64,000 bases of DNA from positions 5,580,001 to 5,644,000 of the forward strand of contig NC_086118.1 in assembly GCF_963921235.1 (NCBI RefSeq), given 5' to 3'. This stretch comes from Mobula hypostoma. Its lineage: Eukaryota. A program made the translations under genes and the position numbers. Of this stretch, positions 12,171 through 22,068 are shown one piece after another (position 1 is the stretch's first letter; each line of letters begins with the position of its first letter). The notes beneath the pieces are model-generated. The model was not told where the DNA came from. It searched no databases and was given only the letters and a program-made list of their open reading frames with translations.

Positions 12171-14810
12171 TCCATGTGTGCACACAGATGCAATGAAAAT
12201 ATTCCTGGCAGCAGTGTCACAGGCACATAGCATCAGATAAGCAGTATTCACGTGAAAAACAAATTTTACACAGTTTTTACAAAAAAAAATGAGAACAAAA
12301 ATAGTCTATTAGTGCAAAGTGGTCACAGTGTTGCTATCCGAGGTAGTAATTAGGATTGTGCTGGTGGGTCCAAAGAACTGAATGGTTGAAGGGAACTAGC
12401 TGTTTTTGAACCTGGTGGTGTGGGACTTCAGGCTTCTGTACTTCCTGTACAATGCAGCAGCAAGAAGTTGGCATGGACCAGACAAGTTCTCTGCCTTGCC
12501 AGTCATCATATTTAAATGTATGTATTTCTATTTTTGCCTATTATTTGAATACCTTCAGCTGCCCAGGCAGTACCTCTTTGTAAAAAAAAAGGAAGGCTCC
12601 ATTAGGCTGATGGCTGATATCTGAGGTGCACAACGTTCATGCACTATATCCCTCCATGAGCAAATATCTGCCACTTCTGAACAATCTCAGTGTGGGTCTT
12701 TGCATTCTGGAGCGGAGTTTGCCACCCAGTGGTGAGAAATTCATCTGCACAGTCTGATGTGATCCAAGTTCAAAGTAAATTTATTATCGAAGTACATTTG
12801 TCACCATATACACCCTCTGAAGATTAATTTTCTTGCGGGCATACTCAAATGCAGAATAGAATAATAACCATAATAAAAAAAGACTGCACCAACTTGGGTG
12901 TTCAATGTGCAAAAGACAACAAACTAAATACTTTTTAAAAAATATCAAGCATGTTAGATGAAGAGTCCTTGAAACTGAGTCCAGAGGGTGTGGGAACGTT
13001 TCAACGTTGGGGCAAGTGAAGTTTTTATGAGAGACTTTTTCCAGAGGACATGGGCTAAGGGTGAAATGTGAAAAGTTTAAAGGGAACATCAGGGGAAACT
13101 TCTTCACTCAGAGTGGTGAGAGTGTGGAATTAGCTGCCAGTGCAAGTGGTGCACAAGAGCTCAATTTCAACTTTTAAGAGAAGTTTGGATAGGTACATGG
13201 ATGGGATGGGTATGGAGGGATATGGTCACGATGCAGGTTGATGGAAGTAGCCAGTTTAAATGGTTCCGCACTAGGTGAGCTGAAGGGCCTGTTTCTGTGC
13301 TGTACTTTTCTGACTCAAAGTTGAGTGAAGTTATCTATGGGCTATTCCTTCAGACATGCACACACATACAAAACAGAGGCGGACATCAAGTCACAGTCAT
13401 ATATTTAGCCCTACTGCTCTATGCCAAGTAAGATGCCCATCTAAACAAGCCCCATTTCCCCCACATTTGGCCTATATGCCTATGATCCCTTCCTATCCAA
13501 CTTCACCGTCTTTCCTTTTCTGGTACGCTAGTAGATCATCAGCTCAGTGAAAGATGCTCTTTGGTCTGCCCAAAATGTGCTGGACTCCAGCACAGTGAGA
13601 TGCCCTGTAAGCTAATACTGCAGACGGGTATATTCCAGGCTGCAGCAGTATGTACTGAGGGACACACTGGAGCTCAGAGCAGCCAGTGTAAGGGCTCTGG
13701 AGAGCTACAGTCCAGGTTTCTCTCACTGCGGGGACGAGTCTGCTGCAGAAACCCTTCAAACAATGGAAGGATAGTAATGGTGCTGTGGACAACAACATGC
13801 AATCCCAGCCACTCCTCACCCTGCACACCCACACCATAACCAGCCCTTCCTTGGTTCCACTGTCTAATCAAACTTAGTTACGTATCATATTAAAATTCCT
13901 TTGCTAACACAGCTTCTGCTGTTACTAATGTATCTTCCTGTTTTTCCGTACTGCTAATGGCAGCTCACACCTATAGGGAAGTGCAGGAGCCATAACAGGG
14001 GTCAGATTCTGCCTCCCAAATCTGTTTTAATTAAAAAGTTCACCAGAGCCTTACATGACTTAGCCACCCCGTTTCAGGTGCCAGAATATCCTGCAGCCTA
14101 GGCACCCCAGATCTACCCAATAATTTCCTAAATAGCTTCCCATGTTCTAATGAAGACCTGTGGCTCACCATGATCACATGTTCTACTGTCTCTGATACCT
14201 TACAGAAGTCACACCACCCATTCCCATGTTTACCAACAAGTGCCAAAGTAATGTGCAAACCCGTGTCCCAACCTCAATCTTGTCAACGACATATCTTCCC
14301 TCCTACCCAAAAGACGCCTTCTGTGAACTGATGGAACCAATTTGTAATACCACCTCCATGTCCCACTCCTATCCCCAGTTTGCCCTCGCCCTCTGAAAAC
14401 ACGAATTAGTACCAATGAACCTTGAGCCCCTACAATACACAGGACTGGGAGATGATTATTCCCCATATTAATCTGTCATTCCATCCCAACTACTTCGTCC
14501 AGCAAGTGGAGCAGAGAGAAGAGTCAAGTCCAGAAAAGAGCTCCCACCCTTGGCAATATCCACCCTTGTCTGTCTTCCATCATTTAAACAAACTAAATCA
14601 TATTCTTACCGAGACTCCTCTACCACCACCCCATTAGTAGCTGTAGTCTTATTGCCCCACAAACTAATTTAATATCTGCATTAAAGATACCACAAAAAAT
14701 ATTTACAATTCAATAATTGTACAGGTATTATTCTCCAGAGAAGGCAGAATTTTGTACAATAAACACTGTTTCACCAAGGTGGTACAATCTCCCCTGGTCA
14801 CCCTCCACCA

Positions 14811-17800
14811 TGTCAGGATGCTGAAGCAGGGACCCAATCACAGACCAAGTACTGTGCACGCTGTGATATTTACCGAGTAGCAAATCCAGAGGGGTAACAA
14901 AGTCATCAGCCCTGCGGCTGTCCATCTCAAGCTCCCCTCCACTCTCTGTCGCATTCATCCCACCTTCCATGTGTCCCACATCAAGCCTTTCATAAGCCAC
15001 CCCCTGTGTCCTGTCTCCAAACCCCACCCCACGGCTCATCGATGGGTCAGAGGCCTTCACGGTGCATCAACTGCTGGACTTCGTCGCCGAGGCCGTGGCC
15101 TCCAGTACCTTGTGGACTGGGAGGGCTACGGTCCTGAGGAGAGGTGCTGGGTCCCCGCCCATAATTCTTGGACCCCTCGCTCATCAGGGACTTTCATCAC
15201 CAGCACCCAGCTCTACCTGCTGTGATGCCAGGAGGCCTCTGTAGAGGGGTGGTACTGTCAGTACCTCCAGTTGAACATTGTCTTTTTGTGTATTTTTCCC
15301 CTAGCCGTCAGTCTGTGGTTTTGTATTGCCATGTGCTCCTGTCCCTGATCCTGCTCTGCTCTGGCCCCTGTATTACTGAGTACTCTCCCTCTCACCTGTT
15401 TCTCATTATTACCTGTTTTGCTGCCACTTCTGTCTCATTGTGCTCCACCTATCATCTGCCTCTCAGCTCCTAAACTCAATCCCATGATTGATGAAGGCCA
15501 ATGCACCGTATGCTTTCTTAACCACAGAGTCAACCTGCACAGCAGCCTTGAGTGTCCTAGGGACTCGGACCCTCAGATCCCATGCCTCCTTACTTTCTTA
15601 ATAAGCCTTGCATGGGGTACCTTGTCAAATGCCTTGCTGAAACCACTACATCTACTGCTCTACCTTCAACATGTTTAGTCACATCCTCAAAAAATTCAAT
15701 AAGGCAACCTGCCTTTGACAAAGCTATGCTGACTATTCCTAATCATATTATGCCTCTCCAAATGTTCATAAATCCTGCCTCTCAGGATCTTCTCCATCTC
15801 AGAGGTCAATGGCGCAATCATATGGATGATGAGGCGGTAGGGAAGTGGCCCAGGACTTGCTGAATACAGCCTTGAGGTCCATGTATTCAGGAGGGATGGC
15901 ACTAAGGTCCAGAAATTCCTCAAGGGGATCTGGGCTTGGAGACAAGGGAGGCAGTGAGAGTGACAGAATGGGCTCCAGCCTACAATCTTGTGACTGAGCC
16001 AGTCAATTTGGGTTGTGTTTAACTAACCAGGGATGACCCAGGACAATGGGAGCTTGAAGAGAGTCAATAACATAAAGGGTTAACTGTTCATGATGGTTGC
16101 CAGATAAGCTGAGACTCACCAGGGCCAGGACATGGGTGATGTTAGCCAGTCTCTGACCATTCAAGGACTTGGCCACCAATGGTGACTGGCGAGCAGACAC
16201 AGGTAACCCACACTGGGCAGCCAAGCCGAAACTGATAAAACACCCCTCTGCACCAGAATCGACCAAGATGGAGACTACTCGCCGTTGGTCACCCCACTCC
16301 AGAGAAGCAGGTATGAGAGTGAGTGGCGTTGAGGAGGGCCGGACAGGGATCACACTCACCAGTACTCCTCGTCCTACTGGTGAGCGTTTGGCTTTTACTG
16401 GGCAGGTGGAGAAGAAGCTGTCTGGTTGGCCACAGTACAGACAGGAATAGGTGCTGATTCTCCTTTGTCTTTCAGTCGGCATCAGGCGGGTACGGTCAAC
16501 ATGCATAGCTTCGGGCTCTGGAACAGGAATTGTAGATGGAGGCAAATGGCAGGGCAGTGTAGACTGATGAGGAGCTTGGAACTCACCCAGTGCCCCCAGA
16601 GACGCTCTGGGACCCCTCCCTCTGTGGTGCTGCTGAAGGCGAACATCATTATGGATAGCCAAATCCACCAGGGCTCTAAAGGTGGCAGAAAGGTCCTGGG
16701 TGACCAGCTCATCTTTTTGATGTCTTCGGAGAGGCCATTGAGGAAGGTGTGGTGCTGTGGTTCCGAGTTCCAGCCACTGGAGGTGGCTAGGGCCCAGAAC
16801 ATTATGGCGTTATCTGACACAGATCTGCGCCCCTGGTGCATGTGCAGCATTTCACGGGCAGCCTCTCTCCCATGTTTGGAGCAATCAAACGCTTTTTTCA
16901 TCTCCTCAGAAAATAACTGAAAACTGATGCAGAAAGGTGAGCCTGCCTCCCAGACAGCTGTACCCCATTCTCTTCCCCAATCGGACAGTTGAGTGATGAC
17001 GTAGGCCACCTTGGCTCAATCAGTCGGAAAGGTTGTTGGTTGCAATTCAAAAACGAGGGTGCACTGGGAAAGAAAAGAGCGGCAGGTACCAGGCTCACCT
17101 GAGTACTTTTCTAGAGGAGGCAGTTGGAGCTCAGCTCCGGGAAGAGTTAGCGAGAACACAGAGGGCCAGGCAGAAGATGCAGTCGCAGAATGTTGATGGG
17201 TGCTCTGGGACAGCTGGAGTGACCGAGTCTGGGCCACAAGATCGGCTACATTGGCAGAAAACAACTCCACTGCCCTGAACATGGAGTCCAGCTGGTTCTG
17301 GTGTCTCCCCAGCACCACACCCTGTCATTACAGGACAGCTCTCAGATGACCAGGGTCTACTGGATCCATTCTGGCCAGATTATTCTGTCAGGGCACTAAA
17401 GCAGGGACCCAATCACAGACCAAGTACTGTACACACTGATATTTACTGAATAGCAAATCCAGAGGGGCAACGAGCCAGCATCAAGGTTCAGGCAGAGATC
17501 AAAAATTCCAGAGAAATCTAAAAACTAGAATCGGGAAACAGGCAGAGTCGATATTCAGACAGACGGAGTTCAGATACGAATACTGGAAAGGCTCAGGAAA
17601 ATTCACCAGCACAATCTGGCAACAAATAAGTGAAAACACAGGACTGAAATACACTGAGCAATAAACAGAGAGGCAGGTGATAGGTGGAGCACAATGAGAC
17701 ACAAGTGCCAGCAAAACAGGTAATAATGAGAAACAGGTGAGAGGTGGAGTACTCAGTAACACAGGGGCCGGAGTAGAGCAGGAGCGGGGATAGGAGCACA

Positions 17801-17902
17801 TGGGGCATGAAAACAAACAAGAGCACATGGCAATACAAAACCACAGACTGACAGTTAGGGGGAAACACACAAAAAGACAGAGTTTAACTGGAGGTACTGA
17901 CA
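14811..17902 (-). mobile_element. Gypsy chromovirus (Sushi-like) LTR retrotransposon, deleted and internally inverted
   Basis: TGTCA...TGACA termini with 5-bp TSD CACCA (14806-14810 / 17903-17907). 5' LTR 17386-17902. gag from ATG at 17369 (MDPVDP..., CLYCGQPDSFFSTCP knuckle remnant). Protease LVDSGAEGCF. Chromodomain [22 protein letters not shown] and partial 3' LTR lie on the opposite strand (about 14905-15463). Confidence 0.92.
15464..15795 (-). mobile_element. CR1 ORF2 fragments inside the Gypsy element
   Basis: Minus peptide KILRGRIYEHLERHNMIRNSQHSFVKGR and similarity to the CR1 copies at 4015-9174 and 44375-46095. Confidence 0.8.
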
Positions 17903-18338
17903 CACCAGTCGCCCTCCACCAGCAGCCCATTCCCTGTACTGTCATTCCCCAAATCATCTTTCTGAAGTACTTCCTGTACCTGTTCTGCAAAAATTCGCAC
18001 TAAACCCAAATACCTTGATGCTGCATCCACCACTACTCCGAGTCTATTGGATTTATTTCCTCCCTTTGCTGTTCGATTGACCACAGCAGACAGAAACGTA
18101 ACAAAATCTATTTTTTTAAGAATCAATCACTCACCAGATGTTTCACCTCCCTCACTCCTCACTCCATGACCTTCCTCCATCCGAATCCCAGTCTTTGTTT
18201 TAACCCGACACTGAACAACAGATGTAGAGGGATCAAGTCTTTTCACAGCTTCAGCATAAGAAATATTATGCACTAACTTCACCTTCTCACAACACGCTGG
18301 AGGAACTCAGCAAGTTGGGCAGCATCTGTGGAAAAGAT

Positions 18339-18376
18339 CAGTCGGCGTTTCAAGCCGGAACCCTTCGTCAGGACTG
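18339..18376 (-). ncRNA. Minimal hammerhead ribozyme motif (PLE pLTR), cleavage triplet mutated
   Basis: Minus strand reads CAGTC-CTGACGA-A-GGG-TTCCGG-CTT-GAAAC-GCC-GACTG, with perfect stem I CAGTC/GACTG. Confidence 0.65.
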
Positions 18377-18749
18377 AAGAGGGAAGGGGCAGAGGCCCTA
18401 TAAGGAAGGTGGGGGGAGGGTGGGAAGGAGAAGGCTGGTAGGTTCCAGGTGAAAAACCAGTAAGGAGAAAGATAAAAGGGTTGGGGAGGGGAAGCAGGGA
18501 GGTGATAGGCAGGAAAAGTGAAGAAGGAATAGGGGAAATGGGTAATAGAAGGAGGTGGAACCATGAGGGAGGCGATATGCAGCTGGGGGAGGGGGCAGAG
18601 AGAAATAGGGATAGAGGAAGGGAGGGGGAGGGAAGTTGGAGAATTCTATGTTCATACCAAGGGGCTGGAGACTACCTAGATGGTATATGAGGTGTTGCTC
18701 CTCCAACCTGAGTTTAGCTTCATCATGGCAGTAGAGAAGGCCACGTATG

Positions 18750-18940
18750 AGAGTCAAAGTCTGTCCCGAGCCTTTGTGGCCCATCAGGCGGGTGCTTATG
18801 CCGGTTTCTGTGGCATGAAGCGACTGAGAGTACGAGACTCATGTGGGTGGACTGGAGCAGTGTGCAGTTAAGTGCCCTGGCCAAGACATGAACCCATGAC
18901 CTTCAGATCGTGAGCCCAACACCCTAACCACTTGGCCACA
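18750..18940 (-). mobile_element. tRNA-derived SINE at the axis of the PLE fold-back
   Basis: Minus strand begins GTGGCCAAGTGGTTAGGG (A box) ... GGGTTCATGTC (B-box-like), then a body (AGTCGCTTCATGCCACAGAAACCGG...CTGATGGGCCAC) unrelated to the PLE. Confidence 0.7.
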
Positions 18941-19368
18941 CCCACTTCAACTCTGCTTCCCATTCCCACTCGGATATGTCCATACCCGGCCTCCTCTACT
19001 GCCATGATGACGCTAAACTTAGGTTGGAGGACCAACACCTCATATACCGTCTGAGTAGTCTCCAGCCCCTTGGTATGAACATAGAATTCTCCAACTTCCG
19101 GTAATTCCCTCCCCCTCCCTTCCCCTATCCCTATTTCACTCTGCCCCCTCCCCCAGCTGACTACTACATCCGTCATGGTTCCGCGTCCTTCTAAAACCCA
19201 TTGTACTTTCCCCTATTCCTTCTTCACCTTTCCTGCCTATCCCCTCCCTGCTTCTCCTCCCCGACCCCTTTAGCTTTCCCCTTACTAGTTTTTCACCTGG
19301 AACCTACCAGCCTTCTCCTTCCCACCCTCCCCCCACCTTCTTTATGGGGCCTCTGCCCCTTCCCCCTT

Positions 19369-19406
19369 CAGTCCTGACGAAAGGTTCCAGCCCGAAATAT
19401 TGACTC
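19369..19406 (+). ncRNA. Minimal hammerhead ribozyme motif (PLE pLTR)
   Basis: CAGTC-CTGACGA-A-AGG-TTCCAG-CCC-GAAAT-ATT-GACTC. Cores intact, palindromic helix III AATATT, stem II weakened. Confidence 0.65.
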
Positions 19407-20198
19407 ATCGTTTCCACGGATGCTGCCCAACCTGCTAAGTTCCTTCAGCGTGTTGTGAGTGTTGCTTTGACCCCAGCATCTGCAGATTATTTTGTGTTAA
19501 CTTCACCTTCTGAATTCCCCGAGTATTTGTAAAATAAGGCATCCCTAATAAGCAGCACTATCAGCATCCACATAGTTGCAGCAACTTCACAACTCCCATA
19601 TTCAGGTTCACTTCTACATTTTGCGGATCGCAATCTCCCCTGCAAGAACAAGTCCCACTGGTTGGCATTTAAAAACACTGCGATGGTGGAGGGTCATACA
19701 ATCTGGCCGAATAACGGATGCAAAGTCTTCATTTTCAGTAACTTCTCCTGTTGTTTTGAATCAGCACATGTAATCTACACCCTACCTTTGCTGAGATTTA
19801 ATGCTGATTTTACTTTAACAATTCCTTCTGAGTAGCATTTGTCAATCCAACCGGGTGAGATTTTTGTCACAATTAGATACCAAAGTAATTATCATCGATA
19901 GCATCTTCCTAATGGATATACATCCTATCGAAAGGACAGACAGGTTGGCAGAGGGGGTGGGGTGGCTCTGTTGGTGAGGGGGGGGGACATGGAATCAGGA
20001 GATGTAGAGTCAGTATGGATAGAACTGAGAAACTATAGGGGCAAAAATACCCTGAAGGGAGTTATCTACAGGCCCCCAAACAGTAGCCTGGATATAGGGT
20101 GCAAGTTAAATCAAGAGTTAGAATTGGCATGTCGCAAAGGTAATACTCACAACACGCTGGAGGAACTCAGCAGGTCGGACAGTATCTGTGGAAACGAT

Positions 20199-20236
20199 CA
20201 GTCAACATTTCAGGCCCGAACCCTTCGTCAGGACTG
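20199..20236 (-). ncRNA. Minimal type I hammerhead ribozyme motif (PLE pLTR)
   Basis: Minus strand reads CAGTC-CTGACGA-A-GGG-TTCGGG-CCT-GAAAT-GTT-GACTG. Stem I perfect, both cores intact, GUU triplet. Confidence 0.72.
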
Positions 20237-22068
20237 AAGAGGGAAGGGGCAGAGGCCCTACAAAGAAGGAGGGGGGAGGGTGGGAGGGAGAAGGCTGGTA
20301 GGTTCCAGATGAAAAACCAGTAAGGGGAAAGATAAAGGGGTCGGGGAGGGGAAGCAGGGAGGTGATAGGAAAGGTGAAGAAGGAATAGGGGAAAGCACAA
20401 TGGGTAGCAGAAGGAGGCAGAACCATGAGGGAGGTGATAGACAGCTGGGGGAGGGGGCAGAGTGAAACTGGGTTGGGGGAAGGGAGGGGGAGGGAATTAC
20501 CAGAAGTTGGAGAATTCTATGTTCATACCAAGGGGCTGGAGACTACCTAGACGGTATATGAGGTGTTGCTCCTCCAACCCGAGTTTAGCCTCATCATGGC
20601 AGTAGAGGAGGCCATGTATGGACATATCCGAATGGGAATGGGAAGCAGAGTTGAAGTGGATGGCAACCAGGAGATCCTGTCTGTTGTGCTCGACGAAGCG
20701 GTCCCCCAATCTGCGTCGGGTTTCACTGATGGGAGCACCGGATGCAATAGATGACCCCAACAGATTCACAAGTGAAGTGTTGTCTCACCTGGAAGGACTG
20801 TTTGGCGCCCTGAATGGTGGCAAGAGATGAGGTGTAGGGACAAGTGTAGCATTTCACTTACAGGGATAAGTGTTGGGTGGGAGATCCGTGCGGAGGGACC
20901 AATCCTTGCAGAAAGCGGAGAGGGGTGGAGAGGGAAAGATGTGCTTAGTCGTGGGGTCCTGTTGAAGGTGGCAGAAGTTGCAGAGGATAATGTGCTGGAT
21001 CTGGAGGCTTGTGGGGTGGTAGGTGAGGACAAGGGGAACTCTGTCCCTGTTGTGGTGACGGGAGGATGGGTTGAGGGCCGAAGTGCGGGAAATGGAGAAG
21101 ATGTGGGTGAGGGTATCATTGATGACAGCAGAAGGGAAACCACGATCCTTAAAGAAAGAGGACATTTGAGATGTCCTGGAATGGAAAGCCTCATCCTGGG
21201 AGCAGATGCGGCGGAGACGGAGGAACTGGGAATAGGGAATGGCATTTTTGCATGTGGCGGGGTGGGAAGAGGTATAGTTGAGGTAGTTATGAGAGTCAGT
21301 GGGCTTGTAGAAGATGTCAGTGGACAGTCTGTCTCCAGAGATGGAGACCGAGAGATCGAGAAAGGGGAGAGAAGTGTCCGAGATAGACCAGGTGAGTTTG
21401 AGGGCGGGGTGGAAGTTTGACGTTAATGTAGTGAAGGAAAAGTTGGAGAGCAGTACCAGTACAAGTTTGAAACACAGACTGTTCCACATAACCAATGAAG
21501 AGGCAGGCATAGCTGGGGCCCATGCGTGTGCCCATAGCTACACCCTTGGTCTGAAGAAAGTGGGAAGAGCCAAAAGAGAAGTTATTAAGTGTGAGTACCA
21601 GTTCCACCAACCGCAGGAGGGTAGTGGTAGTGGGGAACTGGTGAGGTCTATTGTCCAGAAAGTAGCGGAGGGCTTTGAGGCCTTCTTGATGGGGAATGGA
21701 GGTGTATAAGGATTGGACATCCATAGTGAAAATGTAGCGTTTGGGACCGGGGAATTGGAAGTTATTGAAGAGGTGGAGGGCATGGGATGTATCCCGGATG
21801 TAGGTGGGGAGGGAGTGAACTATGGGTGACAAAATGGAGTCCAGGTAGGCAGATACAAGTTTGGTGAGACAGGAGCAGGCAGAAACTATGGGTCTACTGG
21901 GACAGTCAGGCTTGTGGATCTTGGGGAGGAGGTAAAACCGAGCGGTACGGGGTGTGGGAATTATGAGTTTAGTGGCTGAGGATGGAAGGTCTCTAGAGTT
22001 GTTAAGGGTGGTGATGGTACGGGAGACAATGGTTTGATGTTTTTTGGTGGGGTTGTGTTCCAGGGGTA

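Larger units (their letters stand above)
18288..19497. mobile_element. Penelope-like (Neptune) fold-back element with inverted pseudo-LTRs
   Basis: Perfect 14-bp TSD TAACTTCACCTTCT (18274-18287 / 19498-19511). About 460-bp inverted arms, each with the GIY-YIG C-terminus (LLYCHD..KLRLE.QHLIY.L.SLQPLGMNIEFSNF). Confidence 0.9.
13935..19905 (-). mobile_element. Ancient Nimb/I-clade LINE, internally deleted, hosting Gypsy and PLE insertions
   Basis: Minus-strand remnants in the correct order: ORF1 zinc knuckles and IQKVKLVHNISYAEAVKRL (19900-18230, spanning the PLE insert), ORF1 end FVTFLSAVVNRTAK...AASRYLG (about 18120-17960), APE LVCLNDGRQTRVD...LDLTL...NHLPV (14810-14420), C-terminal LTRLRLGH...GKH..GWCDFCKVSETVEHV...FLIKTDLGGRI* (14400-14000). 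RT is missing. Confidence 0.78.

Noticed and set aside
16003-17369. Domesticated PEG10/RTL-like gag-protease gene
   Set aside because: It has stops and frameshifts, a broken zinc knuckle, and retains LTRs and TSD, so it is a decayed retrotransposon.
18880-18940. tRNA gene
   Set aside because: A/B boxes only, no cloverleaf, and it continues into a SINE body.
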